DNA of 64,000 nt from Candidatus Bathyarchaeia archaeon (GTDB lineage: Archaea > Thermoproteota > Bathyarchaeia > Bathyarchaeales > Bathycorpusculaceae). The stretch covers positions 76,719 to 140,718 of the forward strand of contig JBEKBM010000002.1 of NCBI GenBank assembly GCA_050015395.1, read 5' to 3'. The stretch's first letter is position 1. Each line of letters starts with the position of its first letter. This document shows, one piece after another, positions 21,422 to 30,600 of this stretch. The notes below the pieces were generated by a model that did no database searches, was not told the origin of the DNA, and was given only the letters and a program-made list of their open reading frames with translations. The translations under genes and the position numbers were made by a program.

Positions 21422-22159
21422 TTAGCTATTAATGTTTGATCTCTCGACTTTTCTCGACAAACCATACTTTTTGGTTATGGATTGAGTAGATGCTATCAAT
21501 GATAAACTACTTGAGGGAGAAACAAATACTCTTTCCACAAGAAGTTCAATATCCACAGAAACATATATTCCCTCATCTAAAGGTGTTTTGAAAACTTTAC
21601 CATTTTCTACCCAGTTGGTAACAATTGCTCTAAGTTCGTTTTCGTTTTCAAACTTCTTATCTTTGCGAACAAGTCTACGAAAAAAATTATCCATAGAATT
21701 AACGTCATTATTCATGTCTCTGTACACCACTTTTCCAATAAAAATATCTCGAGAATCTTTAATGCTATCTCGTAATTTCAGATATGTTGATTGGATAGCA
21801 ATATCTTTTTTGAATACATCCCACATAACTCTAGAATCCTGATCACACATATACCAACAATTTACAAACGTATGCTGGAGTAGATCTTTATCAGTCACAG
21901 AATCTAATTTATTGATATGTTCTAAAAATTGCTGGTTTAAGTGAATGCTTTCTCCCCACTCTTTTCTGTACTTATCAGTCAGTATAATCTCAGGGTTTGT
22001 TTTTTGCCCTTCTAACTTATCACCTAATCGATCAGATCGAGCAAAATATAAAGCATGGCGATTCAATAAGTCGGCATATTTTTTATCATCAATTAATCGC
22101 CATATTTTTTGATCAATTTTATTTGGTTTCTCAAAAATATTGAATTCTTTATATGGCAA
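21422..22159 (-). CDS. DUF2971-like protein
   Basis: LYFARSDRLGDKLEG, FVNCW...MW, GKVVY and RKDKKFENENELR pattern. Confidence 0.7.
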   Translation of the reverse strand: MPYKEFNIFEKPNKIDQKIWRLIDDKKYADLLNRHALYFARSDRLGDKLEGQKTNPEIILTDKYRKEWGESIHLNQQFLEHINKLDSVTDKDLLQHTFVNCWYMCDQDSRVMWDVFKKDIAIQSTYLKLRDSIKDSRDIFIGKVVYRDMNNDVNSMDNFFRRLVRKDKKFENENELRAIVTNWVENGKVFKTPLDEGIYVSVDIELLVERVFVSPSSSLSLIASTQSITKKYGLSRKVERSNINS

Positions 22160-22350
22160 TTATCTCCCCAATAAAAAATGAAGCATGCAAATTTAAAACT
22201 TATCATCAATGAAAACTTAGCTAATAACTAAAAAAATAATGATAAAGAGGAAGGGAATGTGAAACATATTTTCTAGTCATAATTAATACCAATGCCATTT
22301 TGGAAGGGAAAAATAAAGAATTAACTAAAGTTCAAGGAAAAAGAGACTTG

Positions 22351-22644
22351 TTAATCTTCTTCTTCAAGTTTTCTCTCTTTAATTTTGAGTGTGTTCTCTT
22401 CTGGGCTTATTACTCTGAAAAGCTCTGAGAGCTCGTGTTTGTGCAGGAACTTTTTCAAAGTCACGCGTACGTATTTTTTGCTTAGCCCTTCGCCTTCCCC
22501 TTTCACCGTTAAGATTTTTGCGTCTGTCGCTACTTCTCCGCCTGTTTTCTCCTTAAGGAAATCCGCTAGCTTCTCGATTAATTTAGCTTCGTCACCTTTA
22601 AGATCTGAAGTATCAACTTTCATTTCAACCATTTTCATGTTCAC
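22351..22644 (-). CDS. rpl22e: Ribosomal protein eL22 (L22e)-like
   Basis: LADFLKEK and SKKYVRVTLKKFLHKHELSELFRVIS resemble the eukaryotic eL22 SKRYLKYLTKKYLKK..LRDWLRVV motif; acidic tail. Confidence 0.7.
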   Translation of the reverse strand: MNMKMVEMKVDTSDLKGDEAKLIEKLADFLKEKTGGEVATDAKILTVKGEGEGLSKKYVRVTLKKFLHKHELSELFRVISPEENTLKIKERKLEEED

Positions 22645-22897
22645 CTCGATTCATGTCACGCAATTTCTTATGTTTTAGCTTAGTTTTTCACAGCTACATT
22701 ATTGATTAAGTTTTCCGCTTAAACGTGTCAGTTCGCCCGTCGAGTCATTATCACTGCGTAAGCTCTGTGACTCTATTGCTCATCATCCAAAACATTAATC
22801 GACAACAAAACTTAAGACTCTTACGCTAAAGCGCATTTATCCAAAGAAACTGTTTTTATTATTCAAGCCAATACTTAGTTGTGGAGTTGTCTAAGGT

Positions 22898-23419
22898 ATG
22901 GATCTTTTGGAAATTATCAAGAATAGAAGAAGCATACGAGTATTCAAAAAACAAGACGTGCCCCAAGACATTATTGAAAAGCTTCTTGAAGCCGCACGGT
23001 GGGCGCCTTCTGCTGGAAACGTTCAACCGTGGGCTTTTGTAGTTGCAATCTCGCAGAAAATGAAGCAGAACCTTTCCATGGCGGCTTTTGGGCAAAAAGA
23101 CCTTGAAGAAGCATCAGTCGTTTTTGTGGTTTGCGCTGATGAAAAGCTCGCTGAACAAAGCTATGGTGTACGTGGTAAATCACTGTATTGCCTTCAGGAC
23201 ACTGCGGCTGCAATTCAAAATATCTTGTTAACCGCTCACTCGCTTGGTTTAGGTTCATGCTGGATTGGAGCATTCAAAGAGGATGAAATAAGGCAAGTCA
23301 TTAAGGCCCCTAAAGAAATGCGGCCAGTAGCTTTGATTCCAGTAGGATATCCAAACGAGGCACCAGCAGCCAGAAGTCGAAGACCAGTAGGCGAAATAAT
23401 GCATAAAGAAACCTTTTGA
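22898..23419 (+). CDS. Nitroreductase family protein
   Basis: RRSIR, APSAGNVQPW and LGLGSCWIG motifs. Confidence 0.92.
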   Translation: MDLLEIIKNRRSIRVFKKQDVPQDIIEKLLEAARWAPSAGNVQPWAFVVAISQKMKQNLSMAAFGQKDLEEASVVFVVCADEKLAEQSYGVRGKSLYCLQDTAAAIQNILLTAHSLGLGSCWIGAFKEDEIRQVIKAPKEMRPVALIPVGYPNEAPAARSRRPVGEIMHKETF

Positions 23420-24125
23420 CGTTTACCAAAGTATTTTTTAGGCTCAAAGCGGTTTCTTTCGTAAAGAAATGCGCTCTACACTTAGTCGCCCTAAACGGGA
23501 TTAAACCTGCGTTCTACGGCGTTAATCCCATTGCTACAGTGACGTATAACCATGAACTTGAGTGACTAGTAACAATGAACATGCGTGACGTAAAAGAACA
23601 GCTAAAAACAAGCCCTATTCAACAAAATAACCATGAAACAGACGCTGAACAGATCAAAAAATAATGTCGCAAGCCTACCCTACCTTAATTTGCTAAACGA
23701 TGAGTTAATAGTTTTAGGTTCTTTAGATTAGACTTAGAAAATCAGCCTTAAGAAATAGTCTATGCTCACCAATCATCCAGGAATTCAAACTGCCAAGTTA
23801 CAGGCATCATTTCTATGCTTTCTCTTTAAGATTAAAGAAGCCTGCTTCAACCTTGGGGTTAGCCCTCAACTTCTTGTAAACATTTTCATTGACCAATGGT
23901 ATTGTACAAACCCGATTTATCCGCGAACCAAATTTTGGCTTCTCCTCAGGCTTGAATAATAAAAGTTGCTTTAACAAACACAATAACGTTTAAAAGAGAC
24001 TTTATCATGTCTAATCGGTTTTATTAGAGGCAAGAGACACATGTGCAAACAGGTGGGTACCAGTTCAGCGAACATGCGCTCAACTTGCCCTGTTAAAAAT
24101 CATAATAACGAAAGGAGGAAAAGAA

Positions 24126-24251
24126 ATGTTATCAAGAGATTGTGACGGATGCTCCCAAATGAAATCGTGCAGTAGACGTTACTTCATCGTCGAAAAAGGC
24201 AATTGTGTCTTCTGCCCCGACGGAACAGCCCATTTAGTAGATGGACTATAA
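24126..24251 (+). CDS. 41-aa Cys-rich microprotein (absent from ORF track)
   Basis: MLSRDCDGCSQMKSCSRRYFIVEKGNCVFCPDGTAHLVDGL*; AGGAGG ribosome-binding site upstream. Confidence 0.6.
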   Translation: MLSRDCDGCSQMKSCSRRYFIVEKGNCVFCPDGTAHLVDGL

Positions 24252-24508
24252 AATCAAGCGAAAAAATCATTTTAAAGTTTTTTCATTTGCTCCATTTTTT
24301 ATTTTCTTACTGATTTTTCACGGTAAATAACCAAAAAATGAATTACAAAATGAATTCAACAATAAAAAAGATTAATCATTTCATAAAATTTTAATTCGCA
24401 TAATATTATAATTTTTTGTTTGAGAAAGTGCGTTAACGCTGTTCTTGAGAGACACATGTTAGCGACGAAAGAATTAGGTAGCTCGGTGGTCATTTAACGC
24501 GTAGGAGC

Positions 24509-24745
24509 TTAACAGAGGGTGCAAATCATCAAATAATCCTTGCCGTGATCTATTCTTAATTTATGAGTTTTAACGTAATCTTCCAGTTGCTTGAGCAATG
24601 ATTCATTGGCTAAGGTTGCATCCGTTAGAACTACATAGCCTTCAGTTTCAGTATCATATATCCCCCACTCAGTAAACCCTTTGAATACTTTAGGGTGACA
24701 GGCGGGAAATTTCTTTGAAAATTCTATTGCTTCAGCAAAATCCAT
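24509..24745 (-). CDS. Hypothetical protein
   Basis: 78-aa ORF with globular composition. Confidence 0.55.
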   Translation of the reverse strand: MDFAEAIEFSKKFPACHPKVFKGFTEWGIYDTETEGYVVLTDATLANESLLKQLEDYVKTHKLRIDHGKDYLMICTLC

Positions 24746-24996
24746 GCAAACAAACCCGATTCACATAACAATTTGCTGCATGAAATTATTAAAAACTTGT
24801 GCGTAAAACAGGCTACAACTTTGTTTAAAATTGTCAGATCGCACCGTTGTGAATGGCAAAACTTCAGCGGATCAGGGCATCCCCCGCATATATCACGCCA
24901 TACATAACCCGTATTATCAGCTCCAGAAGCAATCCAGCTCGAAACAGAAACGTTTAGATCTCTAAGGAATTTGAACCCAACGGTTTCAAGCCGCAT
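24724..24996 (-). CDS. Cys-rich hypothetical protein
   Basis: 90-aa ORF overlapping the start of the downstream ORF; CGGC...C...C. Confidence 0.4.
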   Translation of the reverse strand: MRLETVGFKFLRDLNVSVSSWIASGADNTGYVWRDICGGCPDPLKFCHSQRCDLTILNKVVACFTHKFLIISCSKLLCESGLFAWILLKQ

Positions 24997-25075
24997 TTAT
25001 TGCAATTGGAATTTGACCTTGAGCGCTTTTGAACGGAATCGTAATCAACCATAGCTCACTTCTGTAAGTGAGTTA

Positions 25076-25330
25076 TCATGTTCCCTGTTTGCTTTTGCGT
25101 CTTCTATCAATCAAACGGAAGGCTGCGTTAGCGCCGACAAAAATTACCAATAAAACCAAGAGAAATCCAAGGAAACTGAAGATTCTATCCAGCAAGAGAA
25201 ACAAGTTCAACAATAGCACAACAGTGGCGATAATGAAGATTGCAACCTTCTCTTTAACGATAATCCTAGGAGACATAGATTGTTGGTCACGATTAAACGC
25301 ATCACGTGCTCTTACTAATCTCTTTCCCAT
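25076..25330 (-). CDS. Small two-TM membrane protein
   Basis: Two hydrophobic helices and a basic C-terminus. Confidence 0.5.
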   Translation of the reverse strand: MGKRLVRARDAFNRDQQSMSPRIIVKEKVAIFIIATVVLLLNLFLLLDRIFSFLGFLLVLLVIFVGANAAFRLIDRRRKSKQGT

Positions 25331-25698
25331 CCTTTTTGAAATTCTTCCTCTCCCCTATTCCAAAACAAGCCTGAAGCGCCTGATTAAGGCAAAATTAAGC
25401 TTACGCCTCTAAGTTGGAAGAAGTCGAATGAATTATTCTCGCTAATCTTTGAATCGAGCATAGGCAAGGCGTCCTGTCAGCGCTTTCACTTGGTTTGGTT
25501 CTTCGTTTGGCCGCTTCAATATAGACCTTCTAAAGCTTGGCAGCATGACTTCTTTATTAGGCTCTAGGCATTCTCAGATTGAAAATGTTTAACATTAACA
25601 GTATCTGAGTCGATACCAGAACTATGTCGAGGCCGCTCATTCCTTTTTCAGAAATTCTAAAAACGAGTTTTGTCAAAGTTTTGAAAAAAGAAAAGAGG

Positions 25699-27204
25699 TT
25701 ATGTAGTTGTGTGTTCTGCGGCATAAAGGATTTCGGGTTTTTCTATTTCTAATCCTAACCCTTCTGCGACGCGGCGTCCATATTCTGCATCAGCTTTGGC
25801 GAAGAGTTTTGTTTGTCGAATTTGGATTTCTTTGTTAGCGTTTTGGAGGTGGGAAACAATGTTGCTGATGAGGTGGTTTCGATCCTGCTCTGTCAAAGCC
25901 TTTCGGTACAGTTCTCCGGGTTGAATGAAGTCATCGTTTGGATAGGTATATCGGTGTCTCCCTGCGACCCCAGCGACTTCAAACGTTGGTTCAGCAGCTT
26001 GCATGTCTGGTTCGGGACCATTAAAACTGTTAGGGTAATAGTTGGCTGCGCCCTTACCGTTTGAGTCAAACCGCATAAAGCCGTCCCGCTGGTAATTCTT
26101 CATTTCTACGCCTTTTGGCCTGTTAACTGGAAGCAGATGGTAGTTGGGTCCGAGGCGGTAGCGGTGAGCGTCGTAATATGCGAATAAGCGTCCCTGCAGC
26201 ATTTTGTCTGGAGAAGCAGCGATACCTGGTACAAAGTTTGCTGGGGAAAACGCGGCTTGTTCTACTTCCGCGAAATAGTTCTCAGGGTTGCGGTTCAGTA
26301 CCATTCGACCAACTTCCATTGGTGGATAGTCACTGTGGGGCCACACTTTCGTGACGTCGAAAATGTCGAAACGATATGTTTCTGCATCTTCCGGAGGCAT
26401 TACCTGCACCTGAAGCGTCCAAGACGGGTACTCGCCTTTTTGGATTGCGTTGTGAAGATCGCGAGTCGCGTGGTCGGGGTCAACTCCTTTCATGTGCTCA
26501 GCCTCTTCTCGAGTTAAGTTCTGGATGCCTTGGTCTGTTTTGAAGTGGTATTTAACCCAGAAATAATCGCCTGCTTCGTTGTACCATTTGAATGTGTGGC
26601 TGCCGTAGCCGTTCATGTTGCGGAAAGACTTTGGTGTTCCCCTGTCAGAAAAAAGGATAGTTACCTGATGCAGCGATTCAGGTGTCAAAGAGAGGAAATC
26701 CCAAAACATGTTGGCGTCTTTGAGGTTAGTTTCTGGATTGCGTTTCTGCGTGTGAATGAAGTCTGGAAATTTTAGGGGATCACGGATGAAGAAGACAGGC
26801 GTGTTGTTACCTACGAGATCGTAATTGCCTTCTTTGGTATAAAACTTGATTGCGAACCCGCGAGGATCACGTTCAGCATCTGCTGACCCCTTCTCGCCTC
26901 CCACCGTGGAGAATCTGGCAAAAACCTCGGTGCGCATACCTACTTCAGAAAGGAAATTTGCCTTCGTATACCTTGTTACATCATTTGTAACTTCAAAGTA
27001 TCCGCCTGCGCCAGCACCTTTGGCGTGAACAATACGTTCCGGTATCCGCTCTCGGTTAAAATGCGCCAACTTTTCGATTAGATGAACATCCTGCAGCAAA
27101 ACTGGACCACGTGCACCGACTGTAACAGAATTCTGGTCGTCGTCTACTTTTCTTCCAAAATCCGTTGTGAAATTGTTCTTTTTTTCGGTCATAAAAAGCC
27201 TCAC
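25699..27204 (-). CDS. katA: Monofunctional heme catalase
   Basis: [13 protein letters not shown] active-site motif, VGNNTPVFF, and RLFAYYDAH heme-ligand motif. Confidence 0.97.
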   Translation of the reverse strand: MRLFMTEKKNNFTTDFGRKVDDDQNSVTVGARGPVLLQDVHLIEKLAHFNRERIPERIVHAKGAGAGGYFEVTNDVTRYTKANFLSEVGMRTEVFARFSTVGGEKGSADAERDPRGFAIKFYTKEGNYDLVGNNTPVFFIRDPLKFPDFIHTQKRNPETNLKDANMFWDFLSLTPESLHQVTILFSDRGTPKSFRNMNGYGSHTFKWYNEAGDYFWVKYHFKTDQGIQNLTREEAEHMKGVDPDHATRDLHNAIQKGEYPSWTLQVQVMPPEDAETYRFDIFDVTKVWPHSDYPPMEVGRMVLNRNPENYFAEVEQAAFSPANFVPGIAASPDKMLQGRLFAYYDAHRYRLGPNYHLLPVNRPKGVEMKNYQRDGFMRFDSNGKGAANYYPNSFNGPEPDMQAAEPTFEVAGVAGRHRYTYPNDDFIQPGELYRKALTEQDRNHLISNIVSHLQNANKEIQIRQTKLFAKADAEYGRRVAEGLGLEIEKPEILYAAEHTTT

Positions 27205-27390
27205 TACATTGAATGGACGCGAATTTATTTAAGGATTAGCTTATCACCCTGCTGGTTAGGAAACCAGTGTCTTTGACCAGAATTCTTTTTCGATTAAGGG
27301 TGCAAGACAAAAAAGGGGTATGAGTAATAAAAATTTGAACGAGAACTGAAAGATGAAGCTAAATTTGTTTAGAGCGTATTATAATATTAA

Positions 27391-27431
27391 TGGCGGGCCC
27401 GCTGGGATTTGAACCCACGATCTCCGGCTAT
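27391..27431 (-). repeat. Duplicated 3' end of tRNA-Arg (att site), with CCA
   Basis: 27393-27431 matches 30290-30328 at 38/39 positions. Confidence 0.9.
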
Positions 27432-27628
27432 GGCGGAACCATCAGCCAGAAAATTGTCCCATTAAAGAAACTACTAGAAAACAGGTTGGGTAAGGGCTCC
27501 CAGTGTCCAAAGTGAGTCGGAACCGGATTTGGACCTGCGCCTTTCATCCTTCATTTCGTCAAGATTCTATGCGTTCAACAGCCAAGCCATGCCTGTGTTT
27601 CTAACTCGGTTTTTGACCAGCAAGTTTA

Positions 27629-27662
27629 TATGAATAATAATTCATATGAAATATAATTCATA
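27629..27662. promoter_or_regulatory. Two overlapping palindromes, putative ArsR/SmtB operator
   Basis: TATGAA-N6-TTCATA at 27629-27646 and 27645-27662, overlapping a TTTATA box upstream of the ArsR gene. Confidence 0.7.
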
Positions 27663-27681
27663 CGATTGTTAAGGGCAAGAT

Positions 27682-28011
27682 GTGAACGAAATGAAAAAAG
27701 GGCTAACAAAAATCTGCTATCGATTCTTCACCAACCTAGCAAACCCCACAAGACTCGCCGCCCTCGAACAGCTAATGGAGAAACCCATGAGTGTAAACGA
27801 ACTTGCAACCGCGCTCGGACAAGAACAAAGCATGATTTCACACAACCTTAAACCATTACTCCAATGCAACCTCATCGCCATCAAACGGCAAGGCAAAAAA
27901 CACATCTACACCATCAACGAAGAAACCATGCTCCCCATCTTTGGAGCCATCGAAAACCACGCTCAAAAATTCTGTCCCACAGGCGGAAAATGCCTAAAAG
28001 GAGAAAACTAA
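27682..28011 (+). CDS. ArsR/SmtB family transcriptional regulator
   Basis: LANPTRL, SVNELA and QSMISHNLK winged-helix motif; C-terminal H...C...C. Confidence 0.9.
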   Translation: MNEMKKGLTKICYRFFTNLANPTRLAALEQLMEKPMSVNELATALGQEQSMISHNLKPLLQCNLIAIKRQGKKHIYTINEETMLPIFGAIENHAQKFCPTGGKCLKGEN

Positions 28012-28012
28012 C

Positions 28013-28666
28013 ATGATAAAAAGAAAAATCGTAAACATAAATGAAAACCTCTGCAACGGATGCGGCAACTGCATCCCCAAATGTGCAGAAGGCGCCCTCC
28101 AAATAGTAAACGGCAAGGCAAAAATAATCAAAGAGGTCTACTGCGACGGTTTAGGCGCCTGTTTGGGACAATGCCCTCAAGGAGCAATAACCATAATAGA
28201 ACGTGCAGCTGAACCCTTCGATGAAAACGAAGTGCACGAACACCTCAAGAACAAAACAAACTCAATGTTGCCCACAAGCATCCAAGCCAACTCGACATCG
28301 CAAAAGCCCCAGTGGCCTGTAAAACTAAACCTTGTCCCAACGAAGGCTCCGTTCTTCGAAAATGCCAACCTGCTACTTGCCGCTGACTGCGCCCCTATTG
28401 CACTCAAAAACTTCCACGACACACTGATGTCTGGGAAACGAGTCGTCATAGGTTGCCCAAAATTCGACGATGCCCGAGCATACGCCCAAAAACTAACCGA
28501 AATCCTCAAACAAAATAACATCGCAACCGTGACCGTTGCCCATATGGAAGTGCCCTGCTGTACTGGCTTAAAATGGGCAGTAAACAAGGCGCTTGAATTA
28601 TCAGGCAAGCAAATTCCAGTTAAAGAGTATGAGATAAAAATTGGAGGCGAAATAGTTGAGCTCTAA
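28013..28666 (+). CDS. 4Fe-4S binding protein (type often found near hcp)
   Basis: CNGCGNCIPKC, CDGLGACLGQCP, QWPVKL, GCPKFD and MEVPCC motifs. Confidence 0.85.
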   Translation: MIKRKIVNINENLCNGCGNCIPKCAEGALQIVNGKAKIIKEVYCDGLGACLGQCPQGAITIIERAAEPFDENEVHEHLKNKTNSMLPTSIQANSTSQKPQWPVKLNLVPTKAPFFENANLLLAADCAPIALKNFHDTLMSGKRVVIGCPKFDDARAYAQKLTEILKQNNIATVTVAHMEVPCCTGLKWAVNKALELSGKQIPVKEYEIKIGGEIVEL

Positions 28667-28910
28667 AGATAAACCCGTGGAAAAGAACCCTCAGACATGC
28701 CCTGGACTGCGGGACCTGCTGCAGCCTAAACCAGCCTACATTAAATGTCATGTTTGCGGCGGCGACCTAGAAATTTGGAGTGATGAAGACAAAACAGTTT
28801 GTCCAGAATGCGGAGCCGAATGGAAACGCCCCGACAAGACAGCCGCATGCCTAGAATACTGCCAGTACGCCGACAAATGCCGAGGCATCATCGAATCCCG
28901 AAAAACCTAA
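28656..28910 (+). CDS. Small zinc-ribbon/Cys-rich protein
   Basis: CPG, CHVC, CPEC and CLEYCQYADKC. Confidence 0.75.
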   Translation: MSSKDKPVEKNPQTCPGLRDLLQPKPAYIKCHVCGGDLEIWSDEDKTVCPECGAEWKRPDKTAACLEYCQYADKCRGIIESRKT

Positions 28911-28913
28911 AAT

Positions 28914-29405
28914 GTGGAGATGAGTCTTTTGGTAAAAGTTTTCGTCGTTTATGACACGAAGTATGGCAACACAAAACTTGCTGGGGAGAACATCGTGGAG
29001 GGAATAAGAGAAGTTGAGGGTATTGAAATCTCCATTGGCTACGTCAAGGAAATCGACATTGGAAAAGTGGCTGATTATGACGCAATAGTGTTAGGCGCGC
29101 CAAATCACATGGGTAGATCTTCCAGAACTATGAAGAAGTTTGTTGATAGGTTGGCTGAACTTGATCTGAAAGCAAAGAACGTGGCTGTTTTCGGCACTTA
29201 TTCGGGAAGGGTAAGAACTGTGGACAGAGCAGTGAAAAAACTAGAAAAAATGGCGGAAAAGAAGTTGCCTAACCTAAAACTAATTTCACCAAGTCTATCA
29301 ATAAGAGTGAATGGGATACCTGGTCCTTTGGTAGAAGGAGAACTGCCTAAATGCAAAGACTTCGGCAGAAGAATAGCAAATCATCTAAAGCAGCATATTC
29401 TTTAG
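28914..29405 (+). CDS. Flavodoxin-domain protein
   Basis: YDTKYGNT FMN-binding loop, DYDAIVLGAP. Confidence 0.85.
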   Translation: MEMSLLVKVFVVYDTKYGNTKLAGENIVEGIREVEGIEISIGYVKEIDIGKVADYDAIVLGAPNHMGRSSRTMKKFVDRLAELDLKAKNVAVFGTYSGRVRTVDRAVKKLEKMAEKKLPNLKLISPSLSIRVNGIPGPLVEGELPKCKDFGRRIANHLKQHIL

Positions 29406-29423
29406 AAAAAGGGATAGTTACAA

Positions 29424-29792
29424 TTGAGCAAGCAGCATCCGCGCATAACGAGAGAGAAAAAAACTATTGACAAGATGGTTCACATATACTGCAGGGGTCA
29501 CCATGAGACCAAAGGGAATGAGCTGTGTCCTGAATGCACCGAGTTTTTGTCGTACGCTTTCATGCGATTGGACAAGTGTCCTTTTCAAGAAGAGAAATCT
29601 ACCTGCGGCAAATGTTTGGTGCACTGTTATCAGCCTCAAATGAAGGAGAAAGTGAAGAAGGTCATGCGGTATTCGGGTCCGCGGATGCTTTTGCGCAGTC
29701 CTGGTTTGGCGCTGCATCACGCGTTTGATGGACGAAAGAAGCCTCAAACACTTGAAGAATTCAGGAAAAAAAAGGCTCAAGTTCCAACCTAA
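29424..29792 (+). CDS. YgbA-like (nitrous oxide-stimulated promoter family) protein
   Basis: REKKTI..M..IYC, LCPEC, RLDKCP, TCGKC..HCY and MRYSGPRM motifs. Confidence 0.88.
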   Translation: MSKQHPRITREKKTIDKMVHIYCRGHHETKGNELCPECTEFLSYAFMRLDKCPFQEEKSTCGKCLVHCYQPQMKEKVKKVMRYSGPRMLLRSPGLALHHAFDGRKKPQTLEEFRKKKAQVPT

Positions 29793-29933
29793 AGGCGCCC
29801 GCCTCGCCCCGATATTATCTGTTGAAGGATGTAATTAAATAAAAGTAAGCGAAAGCGAATATTTCCGCCAAAAGGCAAGTGCACCAAAAATTTTGTGTAT
29901 ATATTTAGCTCTTGGCTTTTGTCTTAGGACATT

Positions 29934-30061
29934 TGTGTGTGCTCAAGCTACCCTCCCGATCTACTAGATGCTTCTAATATGCTTCAAATATGATTCAACA
30001 TAGTTCAACATAGGCTCAATGTCCCGCACTTTCAACATGAATTAATGCTTTTTCAACATAG
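29934..30061 (+). repeat. TGTGTGTGC-CTACC motif followed by ~10-bp TTCAACATAG repeats
   Basis: TTCAACATAG at 29994, 30004 and 30052; TTCAACATGA at 30031; degenerate units at 29968-29993. Confidence 0.65.
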
Positions 30062-30290
30062 AAAAGCTGTTTTTTAATGTAGAAAAAAAGCACTAAAGAA
30101 GAAAAAACAAGAGCTAAATAAACGCCTCAAAAAATAACGCCAGTCCCTTCCACAAAAACCTTAAGTCCCTAGGAATTAACAGAATCTTTTCAAAAATTAA
30201 CTCTAATTCTGTTAAATAAACCTGATCAGATTCGAGTCTGAAGTTGTTTGGGGCTCTATGGGTTCCAGTCCTTCGGTCCAAAAGGGAGAG

Positions 30291-30387
30291 CGGGCCCGGT
30301 GGGATTTGAACCCACGATCTCCGGCTATCTTCCGCTTTAAGAAGCGTCCGAAGGCCGACACCTTAATCCGTGCTAGGCTACGAGCCC
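30291..30387 (-). tRNA. tRNA-Arg(TCG) with ~21-nt canonical intron
   Basis: Reverse complement GGGCTCG...TCGGC CTTCGG [intron] A GCCGG...GGTTCAAATCCCAC CGGGCCC G cloverleaf. Confidence 0.9.
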
Positions 30388-30478
30388 ACCTTTGACAACT
30401 CAATAATGCAGTAGCATTAAAGATTTACGACAATTCTTATAAACCAACATAATATTAAACTTGTGTCACCCTAAGCGC

Positions 30479-30556
30479 GGGCCGGTAGCTCAGCACGGCT
30501 GGAGCGTTCGACTGATAATCGAAAGGTCGCCGGTTCAAATCCGGCTCGGCCCACCA
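30479..30556 (+). tRNA. tRNA-Ile(GAT)
   Basis: GGGCCGG acceptor, TTCGA CTGATAA TCGAA anticodon arm, GGTTCAAAT T-loop, ACCA end. Confidence 0.95.
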
Positions 30557-30600
30557 ATTAATCCGCACAAAAGGGTTATGGAATCTTAGCCTGAAAAAAT

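Larger units (their letters stand above)
19438..22353. mobile_element. AT-rich accessory island bounded by an 18-bp direct repeat at the 3' end of the eL22 gene
   Basis: GGAAAAAGAGACTTGTTA exact at 19438-19455 and 22336-22353; the right copy includes the eL22 stop codon. Confidence 0.55.
27432..30289. mobile_element. Integrase-less islet inserted in tRNA-Arg
   Basis: Flanked by the intact tRNA and its 3' duplicate in the same orientation; 5 cargo genes. Confidence 0.7.

Noticed and set aside
30212-30403. ORFs overlapping tRNAs (also 60288-60476 and 62102-62314) as split SSV-type integrase fragments
   Set aside because: No tyrosine-recombinase motifs are visible; they are translations of tRNA or att sequence.
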